Positions 30,129-40,338 of a stretch of DNA of 64,000 nt are shown one piece after another (position 1 is the first letter of the stretch; each line of letters starts with the position of its first letter). The stretch is from NCBI GenBank assembly GCA_964486045.1, contig CAZALK010000016.1, forward strand, positions 1-64,000, written 5' to 3'. This DNA comes from an uncultured archaeon. GTDB taxonomy: Archaea > Asgardarchaeota > Lokiarchaeia > Sigyniarchaeales > SOKP01. The notes beneath the pieces are model-generated. The model saw only the letters and a list, made by a program, of their open reading frames with translations, did no database searches and was not told the DNA's origin. A program made the translations under genes and the position numbers.

Positions 30129-31664
30129 ATGGAAACAGTAAGAGAACCAGCTCGAGATCTTCCGGTAATTGATAAAGTCGACGTTATAGTTGTTGGAGGT
30201 GGACCAGCAGGAATAGGAGCGGCTCTAGCTTCTTCGCGTATAGGTGCCAGAACAGTCTTAGTAGAACGTTTTGGTGGTTTGGGTGGGCAACAGACCCAAG
30301 GTCTTAATTCTGTTTTCTCTCGTGTGGATCCAGAAATCCATAACGGAATTATACAGGAACTTATTTCCCGACTTATGGAAGGAGGTGCGATGAGAAAACC
30401 AAGTGAAAAACGATTACGACGGAATCCCTTTAGATCAAGCCTCATTAGACGTTATGGCGAGGAAAATCTACCAAAGAGATTGCTCAATACAAACGTAGGT
30501 TGGTGGGGGGGAGACAAGATCTTTGATATTGAATATTACAAACACCTTCTTGATACAATGATGCAAAAAGATGGAGTTAAAATGTTTTTGCATTCTTTCG
30601 CCGCCGGTGTCATAAGAGAGGGGGATACTCTTAAAGGGATTATTGTTGAGGGTAAGGAAGGTAGGAGAGCTGTTTTAGGGAAAGCGATAATTGATACTAC
30701 GGGTGATGGGGACATTGCATGGAAATCAGGAGCACCGGTATTAGATGATAAGATTCCTATGGGTAGACGCAAGGGGCGCAACATGGGTTCATTAACTGCA
30801 TTCTACCTCGGTGGGGTAAATGTCAAAAAATGGTTGGAATATCGGGCAAACCATATGGATGAATGGGGTCAAATGTATGGGGGTCATAGAATGGTCAGGG
30901 AAGCAAGGGAGAAAGGTGCCTATATTAGAGGGGATAGTATCATCTTATCTCCAGTACACAGCGTTCATGGCGGTGGAAGGATTTGGGTAATGAATCCAAT
31001 GTATGGTATACGAGGGGATAATCATATGTGGATGGTAGAAGAGCAAACTAACCTTGAAATAAGTTTAAGAAGGCAGGCATTTGCTGTTCAGAAATTGCTC
31101 AAGGACCAGATCCCCGGTTTTGAAAAATGTTTCGTTGAGAAAACTGCCAATTACCCGGTAACCACAATGCATAGAATCTTAGGGGATCATGTGGTAACAG
31201 TAGCAGAAATGCGAGAGGGAAAAGCCTTTGATGATTCGATTGCCATCAACAACCAACCTCCGGATATTTGGGAAGTCACTGGGAGATTTGGATATGAAAT
31301 TCTTCCTCACGATATTCCTTATCGTTCCATAGTATCGAAAGAGGTTCATAATTTACTAGCAGCAGGTACAACTATTTCGTGTGGACTATTCACTGACGGG
31401 GGCTTAAGATATTGTACACCAAGTATGTGCACAGGTCAAGCAGCAGGAACAGCAGCGGCTCTTGCTGCCATAAACAATATAAGTCCAAAAGATCTTGATA
31501 TAAATTTGTTACTGGACACACTTCTTGAACAAGGTGCACGTACAAGTGTCAGAAATGTACCAGAAGAATCCCTTGAGCCATATCGGTTTATAAAAAAAGT
31601 CTCAAAGGTCAGTAAGAAGAACTCAAGTATAGAAATAGATGAAGAAGAAATAGGAAAGTACTAA
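30129..31664 (+). CDS. FAD-dependent oxidoreductase (FAD_oxidored family)
   Basis: VVGGGPAG, IDTTGDGD, IPYRSIV, NLLAAG, TGQAAGTAAA. Confidence 0.9.
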   Translation: METVREPARDLPVIDKVDVIVVGGGPAGIGAALASSRIGARTVLVERFGGLGGQQTQGLNSVFSRVDPEIHNGIIQELISRLMEGGAMRKPSEKRLRRNPFRSSLIRRYGEENLPKRLLNTNVGWWGGDKIFDIEYYKHLLDTMMQKDGVKMFLHSFAAGVIREGDTLKGIIVEGKEGRRAVLGKAIIDTTGDGDIAWKSGAPVLDDKIPMGRRKGRNMGSLTAFYLGGVNVKKWLEYRANHMDEWGQMYGGHRMVREAREKGAYIRGDSIILSPVHSVHGGGRIWVMNPMYGIRGDNHMWMVEEQTNLEISLRRQAFAVQKLLKDQIPGFEKCFVEKTANYPVTTMHRILGDHVVTVAEMREGKAFDDSIAINNQPPDIWEVTGRFGYEILPHDIPYRSIVSKEVHNLLAAGTTISCGLFTDGGLRYCTPSMCTGQAAGTAAALAAINNISPKDLDINLLLDTLLEQGARTSVRNVPEESLEPYRFIKKVSKVSKKNSSIEIDEEEIGKY

Positions 31665-31737
31665 TTTCTTCAGAATTCTTAACTTTCGCTCTTTTGTCTG
31701 TTTTTCTATAACGCGTCTTATATCTTGGGACTGATGT

Positions 31738-32507
31738 TTAGGTTCTTGTCTTTTTCCTAATTTTTAACCCGAGAGTAAAAGCAGAAAATACCAGTAACAA
31801 TATTATACTATATCCCGGAATCGAATTTGTTGGTCCCCTATCTCCTCCAGGGATAATTGCGACATTTACAGATTCTCCATTAGATAATGTATCTCCATTT
31901 TCGTTGTGGGCAACAACGATGAAGAAATGTGTACCGTTAAGAAAGCCTTGCACTAGAAACGGAGTTAAAGCATTTTAATCTGCAAGCTGGTTTAAGCTTT
32001 GGTTTATTCCCACAATTAAACTTGAATGATTATAGACGGAATAATTATCGGCCCCCATGGAGTTTGTCCAAATTAGATTGAACCTCCCATCACCATCCGG
32101 ACTTCCAGCATCAGTGGATAATGTAAAACTAATAGGTGGTGCATTTGGATCTATTACTGTTAAAGAACGTGATAATGTTCCAACGACATTGCATACGGAT
32201 GTAACTTGAATTGTCGTAGCATGTCCTGCTGTAATGCTATAAAAATACATAAAAGTGCTTGTAGTGGGTTGACTTGTATAAGTCGTTTCATTAACTATCG
32301 ATCCATTCACTATTATGGATACAGTTTCAATATAATGGGTACTTGGGTGGAAACTCCATGAGTAATGGTGACCGTTAGCTCTTGTGCATTAAAATCATAA
32401 GCTAAATTCATAATATTTGCCTGATGTGCCCTTACTTTAGGTGAGTTCAGAAATAAAATAAAAAAGTTTATGAAAATCAGACAAGATATGAGGTTTCGTT
32501 TTTTCAT
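31738..32507 (-). pseudogene. Disrupted secreted surface protein with IPGY-TM-basic anchor
   Basis: Signal peptide; frameshift near 32345 (THGVS../..PSTHYIETV); in-frame TAA at 31975-31977; C-terminal IPGYSIILLL...KIRKK. Confidence 0.8.
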
Positions 32508-32673
32508 TATTAGAGAGAAATGATGTTTTTTCAGATACTAATATTTCGACATAATTGATATAAAAAAATTCTGATTAAAATTTAAAGGACATTTTGAGAA
32601 ATTCTTGAGCTCGATCCCGCATTAACGAGATCTACAGCAAATTTTTTGTAATAATAAAGATTAGAATTGATTT

Positions 32674-33150
32674 CTAGTGGATAATAAAGTGTTTTTTCCT
32701 TTTTTCTTCATATTGCTGGTGGTATTCTTCTGCTTCCCAAAAATCAGAGGCGGGAACTATTAGAGTCACAATTGGTTTTTTAAAGCGTTTAGATAAATCA
32801 AGCCTGGCTTTTGAGTTTATTGCTTTTTCTTTTTGTAACGAGTTAAGGTAGAAAATAGCAGATCGATATTGTGGACCAACATCAGGACCTTGACGATTCA
32901 ATGTTGTCGGATTGTGGATCGTCCAAAATACATCTAATAATTCATCGTACGATACTTTAGATGGATCAAATGTAATTTCGATGGCTTCCGCATGACCAGT
33001 TTTATGAGAACATACATCTTTATACGTTGGTTTGGTGAATTTACCTCCAGTATATCCCACTCGTGCAGAGATAACACCCGAAACTTTTCTGAATTTTGCT
33101 TCTACACCCCAGAAACAACCTGCAGCAAAAATCGCTTTTTGAGTCACCAT
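32674..33150 (-). CDS. msrA: Peptide-methionine (S)-S-oxide reductase
   Basis: GCFWG, GHAEA, QYRSAIF, AEEYHQQY. Confidence 0.97.
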   Translation of the reverse strand: MVTQKAIFAAGCFWGVEAKFRKVSGVISARVGYTGGKFTKPTYKDVCSHKTGHAEAIEITFDPSKVSYDELLDVFWTIHNPTTLNRQGPDVGPQYRSAIFYLNSLQKEKAINSKARLDLSKRFKKPIVTLIVPASDFWEAEEYHQQYEEKRKKHFIIH

Positions 33151-33301
33151 ACTATTTTCTTAAATTTCTGAAAGTTAAACCTAAGCCTAATTTTGTATAA
33201 ATTTAGAATAGAAATTAGATTTTTCAAATAAGTAGGTAGAAAAAATAAATTTACTGGTTATAAGGCATTACTTATAATAGGAGAAACATCTTGTTAGTTC
33301 T

Positions 33302-33700
33302 ATGGAGTCGAAAATGTCGAAAGATAAATGGAAAAAGAAATTAACGAAAAAACAATACCATGTTCTCCGTGAGAAAGGAACAGAACTCGCCTTTACCGGA
33401 AAATATTATAGTCATCATGAAAAAGGTACTTATAATTGTGCAGGTTGTGGAGCACCTCTATTTTCTTCTGATGAAAAGTTTGATTCTGGAACTGGATGGC
33501 CAAGTTTTGAAAGACCATATGATGAGGCTAATGTCGATGAAAAACTAGATGAAAGCTATGGTATGAAACGCACGGAAGTTCTCTGTAGTAACTGTGGAGG
33601 GCATTTGGGACATGTTTTTAACGACAATCCAAACCCTACACACTGTCGATATTGTATTAATTCAATTTCCTTAGATTTTCAGCCCGTTAAGAAGGAATAA
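33302..33700 (+). CDS. msrB: Peptide-methionine (R)-S-oxide reductase
   Basis: [23 protein letters not shown]. Confidence 0.97.
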   Translation: MESKMSKDKWKKKLTKKQYHVLREKGTELAFTGKYYSHHEKGTYNCAGCGAPLFSSDEKFDSGTGWPSFERPYDEANVDEKLDESYGMKRTEVLCSNCGGHLGHVFNDNPNPTHCRYCINSISLDFQPVKKE

Positions 33701-33801
33701 TAGATTAAACTAATTTTTATAAATTAAACGTATAATTATTTATATGTGGATATCATCTTATTAACACATATAAAAGATTGATGTAGTAGTGATAGAAAAC
33801 G

Positions 33802-34593
33802 ATCGTTCTATTATCTTTTTTTCACACAAGAATAGGTCCATTGATATTTCATTCTTATCCCCCAAATCAAGTAGGGGTGGAAATTTCAGATAGGCTGTAT
33901 GATGTAATGACTCAACAGAAGGGGGAAGAATTCTTCATGCATTCTTTTGAAGAACTTAAATTTTTTAATTATTACTTTCAAATCCCCTCAGATTGGGCTC
34001 GGGGTTTCAGAGAAATGTTGATGGTGTCAATAATTATTTATCACCAAATAACTCCGGAAATTGAGGAAAGTATAGCATATTTATGCAGAAAATTTGCTGA
34101 AATGATGCTTTCAAATGAAGATGTGTATACAGGGTTTTATATAAATGAATTAAATAATTATGATGACATTGATAAAGAGAAAATAAAAAGAAATGAGCGA
34201 TTAATTAAAGATGAGATAAGAGAATTATATTGGGAAACTATAGAGGAAATGCGAAAGAAATCGGAGGAACAGAAATTAACACAGTTAGAAAACGACAGAT
34301 ATATTTTCGAATCCTTAGAACAGATGTCGAGTGAATTAAAAATAATAAGCAAAGAGATTGAAAGTAGTGAGAATAGCCTTAAAACGAACCCTAATGTAAA
34401 AGGTTCGATTTCCAATTTAAATAAAATTATAAATGATTTATATGGAGGCTTTATAGAAAAAATGACTATACTAGACTTTGAAGAGGAAAATGATTTATTA
34501 GCTACAAACGATGAATTAGAAATCGATAATCAAGAAAGAAGAAAAGAGTTATTGAAACTCTTAGAGGGAGAAGTCTCAGAAGAAAAAGAATAA
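33802..34593 (+). CDS. Folliculin/SMCR8/NPR2-like longin-domain protein with C-terminal coiled coil
   Basis: In-frame extension upstream of TTG 33841 gives IVLLSFFHTRIGPLIFHSYP; internal YFQIPSDWARGF; start uncertain. Confidence 0.7.
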   Translation: MVLLSFFHTRIGPLIFHSYPPNQVGVEISDRLYDVMTQQKGEEFFMHSFEELKFFNYYFQIPSDWARGFREMLMVSIIIYHQITPEIEESIAYLCRKFAEMMLSNEDVYTGFYINELNNYDDIDKEKIKRNERLIKDEIRELYWETIEEMRKKSEEQKLTQLENDRYIFESLEQMSSELKIISKEIESSENSLKTNPNVKGSISNLNKIINDLYGGFIEKMTILDFEEENDLLATNDELEIDNQERRKELLKLLEGEVSEEKE

Positions 34594-34600
34594 AATAAAA

Positions 34601-35032
34601 ATGAAAACAAATACTATAAAAATGTCAGAGGAAGAACTTAGAGCACAAGAGCTTAGGGATAAAATTAATAGGATCGCTATTAAAATAGAAAATTTAGAAG
34701 AAACCGCGAAGAAAAAGAATTCCTATATCGAAGACCTAATAAATAAGGAATTTAATCCAAAAATTAGAGAAGTTGAAATAAAATTGCAGAAACAACAAGC
34801 TAAATTAGATGATTTTGTTAGTAAGATCGATGATTTTACCTCAAAAAAGAAAGAATTAATTCCTATTATAAAAAAATTAGAGCAAGAGTATAATCTTTTA
34901 AAGAAAAATAACAAGAAATCTATAAAAGAGAATTTTAGGTCAATCGCTAAAGAAAAGAGAACTAAAACGAAAGAAATCGACCGAGATATTAAATTGTTAG
35001 AACGAGAGTTAAAATCAGAGCAGAGTAAATAA
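34601..35032 (+). CDS. All-coiled-coil protein
   Basis: Continuous K/E/L heptads; 7 nt after the longin gene. Confidence 0.8.
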   Translation: MKTNTIKMSEEELRAQELRDKINRIAIKIENLEETAKKKNSYIEDLINKEFNPKIREVEIKLQKQQAKLDDFVSKIDDFTSKKKELIPIIKKLEQEYNLLKKNNKKSIKENFRSIAKEKRTKTKEIDRDIKLLERELKSEQSK

Positions 35033-35044
35033 ATTTATCTTATT

Positions 35045-35443
35045 TTATTTTTCCAGTAGTTCTTTTAACGGCTCCCAATAATATGTATTCCACCCTTCTT
35101 TTACTGATTCAATTGCCCCTTCAGGAACATCGACATGCGTAAAGTTTATTGACGTTCCCTCATCTGTTGGTTCTAGAATTAGAGTAATCGTGGAATAATA
35201 CCCTTTTGGCCAATTTTCACCTTCACTTCTCCATGTTTGCACTATTTTTTGATCTTGAATTAATTCAACATTTTTCCCATTTATAGATCCCTCAAAAACG
35301 GAAAAGGATCCACCAATATCACGGCTTATTTTTGCTTTACCTTCTGTAAATTTAGAATGTATCTTTGAACTCATGAAGGCTTCATAAAGTTCGTGGGGTG
35401 TGCATTTAATTGTTAAATCTTGTTTAATAACTAACTTTTTTAT
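35045..35443 (-). CDS. SRPBCC/AHSA1-like (Aha1 C-terminal-like) protein, probable ATA start
   Basis: IKKLVIKQDLTIKCTPHELYEAFM...KIVQTWR...GWNTYYW; first strand lies upstream of ATG 35374. Confidence 0.85.
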   Translation of the reverse strand: MKKLVIKQDLTIKCTPHELYEAFMSSKIHSKFTEGKAKISRDIGGSFSVFEGSINGKNVELIQDQKIVQTWRSEGENWPKGYYSTITLILEPTDEGTSINFTHVDVPEGAIESVKEGWNTYYWEPLKELLEK

Positions 35444-35816
35444 AGTTTATCACTTCTGTATTCATTCTAGAAGAGATTAATTCTTTCCTCATTAAAACAT
35501 TTTGTTATAAAATAATCATTTTTGAAAGTTGTGAGATAAAAAACTAATAATCGGTTAATTTTCTCTACTAATTTTAACTTAAATTATTGTTGTTACTCAT
35601 CGAAAAAGCGATGAAATATATCTTGTTTGATTTATTTGATATATTGAAAAAAGAGTGGAACAGGATAAAGTTCGATATTTCTTTATTGAATGATTTATCT
35701 GAGAGTTTTGATTAGTTAAATTTATGTTTTCATCAATTATAATGAGAATAACAAAGTTTAAATAGTTCTTTAGATATCTAGATTATACATCTATCTTTAA
35801 AAGTAATGGTAAAAAA

Positions 35817-36124
35817 TTGGACGGCAAAGGACAGCGTTTAAAGAAAATTAAATTAAACCTCTTTGTCTTTTCATTGAAGAAAAATCATAACAAGAAGTTT
35901 GAGGGGTGGCTAATTCGATATGACGGATTAGCATGTCAATTTTATATCAAAGGAAAAGAAGAAAAAAAACAAAATATCCACGCAGTAGAGTTAGCAGAAA
36001 GGTAATTCACAGGCAAAGGATAAAAAAAAAAATCCTTAAATCTCGTGGATGGAAATTAAATTATCCAGACTTGTATGAACTAATTGAAATATACCCATAT
36101 ATAGTTAAAAAAGGGGAGAAATAA
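35817..36124 (+). pseudogene. Probable decayed gene (stops and frameshifts)
   Basis: Two overlapping short ORFs; VELAER*FTGKG* continues in frame through stops. Confidence 0.35.
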
Positions 36125-36334
36125 AAGCTAAAACCCTAATTTTTTTTTAAATTTACTTAAAATTAATTCCTTTTAGTTATATGAAAATATTGAAAAGATT
36201 TGATAAATGTCTTTTAAGTCATGTGAAAAAAGGACAAAACTGTAAGATTTATATTCTTAGATTAACTCTTAAAATCTGAGGTAATAGGTAGATAAAATAG
36301 GCAATTTAATTTTATTAAGAATGCATTTATAGCA

Positions 36335-36928
36335 ATGAAGAGAGTCTCAAAATTATTGAATATTTGGAATAAGATATTATCGCGAAAAAGAAGGAAGGTT
36401 ATCTTTAAACCACCCTATAGTTATGATCATACATTTAAAATTATGCTTTTGGGGGAACCGGGAGTAGAAAATACATCCTTAGCTCAAAGATATTGCTTAG
36501 ACATTTTTAGCCCATCAAAGAGGTCAACTGTGGGAGTGGATTTTTATGTTAAAACAATAGAATTACAAGAAAAGAAAATAAAATTACAAATTTGGGATAT
36601 AGGAGGTGAGGAAAGATTCAGATTCCTCATACCAACATACTGTAATGGAGCAAATGCAGCCATTATCATACTGGACATTACTAATTCTAAATCTTTGAAT
36701 AAAATTTCAGAGCTGACTAAAATTTTAAAGGAAAAAGAAAGTGAGATTCCAATTATGTTAATTGGTGATAAGTTAGATTTAGAAGAATTTCGTGAGTTGA
36801 ATAGAGAAGAAGGGATTAGAATCGCTAAAAAATATAATTTATCTAGTTATAGCGAAATTTCAATAAAAACTGGTCAAAATATAGAAAAAATATTTGAAAA
36901 TCTTACAGAAGTTCTGCTAAATCAATGA
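36335..36928 (+). CDS. Rab-like GTPase with inactivated P-loop
   Basis: G1 GEPGVENTS (GK replaced by EN); TVGVDF, WDIGGEERF, GDKLD, EISIKTG. Confidence 0.9.
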   Translation: MKRVSKLLNIWNKILSRKRRKVIFKPPYSYDHTFKIMLLGEPGVENTSLAQRYCLDIFSPSKRSTVGVDFYVKTIELQEKKIKLQIWDIGGEERFRFLIPTYCNGANAAIIILDITNSKSLNKISELTKILKEKESEIPIMLIGDKLDLEEFRELNREEGIRIAKKYNLSSYSEISIKTGQNIEKIFENLTEVLLNQ

Positions 36929-37059
36929 AATGGATTAACAATTCATAAAAATTCTATATTATTTATATCTTTTTTTGAGTTATAATTATAATCACACGTT
37001 TTCCTTATTTTCATTTCAATAAAATATAAAAACGTGTCTTCCCTTCTAAACAGTTAACT

Positions 37060-37692
37060 ATGGACCAAAAAAAGTTAAAAGTAATAGTTTACTCGGATTA
37101 TATCTGTCCTTTTTGTTATATTGGTTTCCACCGGATTGAGAAACTCAAAGAACAATTCAATCTCGAAGTAGAATGGGAACCATTTGAACTTCACCCAGAG
37201 ACCCCGAAGGAGGGGTTTAAGATGGAAGGGATATCTATTCCTCCAGAATATTTAAAGATGGTAATGTTAAATGTGAAGAGATTAGCTGATGAAGATGGGC
37301 TTAATATTAAATTTTCTGGAAAGTTACCAAATTCACGATTAGCCCTATTTATCTCTGAATTTGCAAGAAAGGAGGGAAAATTTGACGAGTTTCATAAATT
37401 AGTATTTGAAAAGTATTGGAAAGAGGGAAAAGACATTGGAGATCTTCCTATACTCCTAGATCTAGCAGATTCAATCGGATTAAATAGAGAGGAAATATTA
37501 AACTATATTGAAAGTGATGAACCAATCAACAGGTTGAATAAAAATATGTTTGAATTAGGAAGGCGTGGGATTAATGGCGTTCCAACTTTTTTAATAGGCA
37601 ATCAATTCGTAATCGGTGCTCAGCCATACGAAGTTTTTGAAAATGTCATTGACAATAACTTAATTATGATGAAAAGAATTAAATCAAATTAA
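37060..37692 (+). CDS. DsbA/FrnE-family thiol-disulfide oxidoreductase
   Basis: SDYICPFCYIG, PFELHP, GVPTF, GAQP. Confidence 0.93.
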   Translation: MDQKKLKVIVYSDYICPFCYIGFHRIEKLKEQFNLEVEWEPFELHPETPKEGFKMEGISIPPEYLKMVMLNVKRLADEDGLNIKFSGKLPNSRLALFISEFARKEGKFDEFHKLVFEKYWKEGKDIGDLPILLDLADSIGLNREEILNYIESDEPINRLNKNMFELGRRGINGVPTFLIGNQFVIGAQPYEVFENVIDNNLIMMKRIKSN

Positions 37693-37904
37693 CTTTTGAA
37701 GTCAGCAAATGACTAAGTATTTTCATCACTGTATTCAGAATATTTATAGATAATTATGTTTTTCATCCACCTTGTCAATTATAAAAAAGAAAGCATATTA
37801 AAGAATTATAAAGCAAAAGACCAATTATTATATTTTCAAAATGGTTCGATCAATTAAGCATATGTTATATATTAAAACTTAATAGAACTGAAAAAGGGAT
37901 AAAA

Positions 37905-38360
37905 ATGCATCAAAAAGTTGTTCCATCTAGAAGAAAACCTAAGGATGATAAGGGATATTTTGAACTTTTGAGTAAAGCAGTTTTTAATGCAGGATTTTCT
38001 TATCAAGTTGTGAGGAATAAATGGGAGGGTATCAAAGAAATCTTTCAGGAGTTTGAACCGGAGATACTCTCAAATTGGACTATTGATGAAATTTCAGTAG
38101 CACTAGAATCTCCAAAAATAATTCGAAATTCAAGAAAAGTCACCGCAATTGTGTCAAACGCTAATGTGTTCTTAGAAATAGTAAAGACATTTGGTTCATT
38201 CGATAACTATCTGAAATCAATTCAAGATAAAACCTATGAAGAAAAACAGACGATATTATCAAAGCAATTTAAATGGTTAGGACCAACCGGAGCGTATTTC
38301 TTTTTATGGTCGATTGGAGAAGATGCACCTCTGTCTGGAGAGGATATCAAAAGACACTAA
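37905..38360 (+). CDS. DNA-3-methyladenine glycosylase I-like protein
   Basis: YFELLSKAVFNAGFS, IIRNSRKV, FKWLGPT. Confidence 0.85.
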   Translation: MHQKVVPSRRKPKDDKGYFELLSKAVFNAGFSYQVVRNKWEGIKEIFQEFEPEILSNWTIDEISVALESPKIIRNSRKVTAIVSNANVFLEIVKTFGSFDNYLKSIQDKTYEEKQTILSKQFKWLGPTGAYFFLWSIGEDAPLSGEDIKRH

Positions 38361-38783
38361 ATCTCTCAGTCATATTCAATCACAATTCTTAATTTTTCAA
38401 ATTTACTACTATTTTCTAGAATTTGATAAGATAGATTCATCTAAATAGTGATTACTTATCCTATATTAACAAATTAAACGATAACTAACAAGGTATAGTA
38501 TAATAGAGAAAACTCCTATTAATTACTAATTTGTTATGCATCTTTTAATGGATGTGAGAGAATTAATCTTGTTTCCTCATTCAACAAATAAATCTAAGCA
38601 CTTCGAAATAATTTGTAAGTAACTAATTTTCATTAAATCACAAATTAAAGTGGAATCGGGAAGATATAAGAATTCTTCCTTGCCTTAAAAATTTAGGAGG
38701 AAATTAAAGAATCCACAGATAAAAATAAGGTATTATAAATGATAAACCATTCAGAAGGAATAAGACACTGAAAAAAATAAACA

Positions 38784-38936
38784 ATGCCTGTTTGCGAAAA
38801 CTGTGGAAAAGAAATCGTGAATAATAAGTGGAAAAAAGAGTATCACCACATCAATATAGCTCAAAAACCAGAAAAGCATTTTTTCTGTTCCAGTAAATGT
38901 AAAGTAAGGTGGATTTTTAATCTTACGGCTAATTGA
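38784..38936 (+). CDS. 50-aa TRASH/YHS-like zinc finger; not in ORF track
   Basis: MPVCENCGKEI...HFFCSSKCKVRW. Confidence 0.75.
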   Translation: MPVCENCGKEIVNNKWKKEYHHINIAQKPEKHFFCSSKCKVRWIFNLTAN

Positions 38937-38993
38937 TTATAATCAATTAATAAGTGCTTGTAACATAGTAAAATATCCTGAGATAGAATTTTT

Positions 38994-39226
38994 ATGAATA
39001 CTACAATCCATTATTTTACAGGTACGGGAAATTCATTACAAATTGCGAAAATATTCGTAATAAGTTAGTGGACTGTAAGCTAATACCTATTGCTAAAGTG
39101 TGGCAAATTAAAGATCTTAAGGCGACAAGCGAAAAAGTGGGATTTGTCTTTCCATTATACTGGTCGGAATTACCAAAGTATCATCCTGATGTTAAACTTC
39201 AAGATATAGTAAACCAGAAAGAATAA
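38994..39226 (+). pseudogene. Internally deleted EFR1-type flavodoxin/ferredoxin gene
   Basis: MNTTIHYFTGTGNSLQIAK, frameshift, VGFVFPLYW..LPK joined directly to a tail-like YHPDVKLQDIVNQKE*. Confidence 0.75.
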
Positions 39227-39235
39227 TAAATTACA

Positions 39236-39928
39236 TTATGAAACTATAAATTCTTCCATCATTAATGTCATATAACCTTCATATTCAGGACAATTAAGCA
39301 TTTTTATTGATTTTCCTTTGAAGCAACAATAATCTGGGATATCTGTCATGAATAAATTTTGAATGAGTATTAAAAGATTAAGATATTCTTGTTTTGAGAC
39401 ATCTTTTAATAACTTTTCAGTGATTTCAATAATTAGTTTATGGATCCATGTTTGGTTCTCATAGTTTCCAGATGAGGATGTATTATAAATTTCAAGAATT
39501 TCGTCATAGTAATTAGTTTTAAGTCTTAACACGCTTTTAATAGTAGTTATAATATCCTGAATTTTAAAAGGTTTTTCCAGAAAATTAACAGCCCCAACCA
39601 TTATAGCTTCTTCTCTTATATGAGGATCTGCACTTATAAAAATGATTTTAGCGCTTGCATTAAGTTGTAAAATTTCCTTAGTGGCCTCTATTCCGTTTTT
39701 TATTGGCATCCTGTGATCCATTAAAATTATATCGGGGATTTCACCAGAATTTTTAAAAAAAGCTTTAAACTTATTCACAGCTTCTTTACCATTTTCTGCA
39801 GAATCTAATACCTTAAAACCTTGCATTTCAAGAAAGCCTGTATAAAGAGCAATTGCTGCTATGTCATCATCGACAATGAATACGGTAGGTTTTAGATTCC
39901 CTATAATTTTTTGTGCTTTAATTACCAT
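39236..39928 (-). CDS. Response regulator (receiver domain plus unknown C-terminal domain)
   Basis: VDDD, LMDHRMP..NG, ISAD, EKPF. Confidence 0.9.
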   Translation of the reverse strand: MVIKAQKIIGNLKPTVFIVDDDIAAIALYTGFLEMQGFKVLDSAENGKEAVNKFKAFFKNSGEIPDIILMDHRMPIKNGIEATKEILQLNASAKIIFISADPHIREEAIMVGAVNFLEKPFKIQDIITTIKSVLRLKTNYYDEILEIYNTSSSGNYENQTWIHKLIIEITEKLLKDVSKQEYLNLLILIQNLFMTDIPDYCCFKGKSIKMLNCPEYEGYMTLMMEEFIVS

Positions 39929-40193
39929 ACGTCCTCTTTAGATTATTTTAAAAAGTATACGCCTTTAAGCACAAATACTTAATATGCATCCGAATTCTTT
40001 AAATAAAGATTTAAAGCACTGTTTCCAACTTTTTTGATTGTACATTTTGATAATTTCCTTTAGAATATTCTGATTTTATCATTAATTCTTTAAAATCTAC
40101 CATTATTTTTCATGATGCAAATTTTTATGACATATATTGAAAATTTTGTTTTATATTTCTATAATATTTTTTTTTCATATTTAAATTTATCCC

Positions 40194-40307
40194 TTTCCAA
40201 ATTTGAAAAAATGATAATGTTACCTTTTAAACCACCATTTCTAAAATTTCCTTAATTTAGGATGATGATTTTTCAAAATTTAAATTTTCGTTTTCCAAAA
40301 ATGAAAA
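40194..40307. promoter_or_regulatory. Candidate operator: near-palindromic TTTCCAAAWWTGAAAA boxes
   Basis: tttccaaatttgaaaa 40194-40209 and tttccaaaaatgaaaa 40292-40307 upstream of the wHTH gene. Confidence 0.3.
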
Positions 40308-40338
40308 ATTTATTTACTTAAATAACTATTAATTTTAT

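Noticed and set aside
11469-37692. Selenocysteine recoding in hydrogenase, MsrA/B, DsbA or the thioredoxin-fold protein
   Set aside because: The catalytic positions I checked are Cys (or Asp) codons, with no in-frame TGA
38400-38760. Possible minus-strand gene remnant
   Set aside because: Short stop-interrupted frames with no identifiable family
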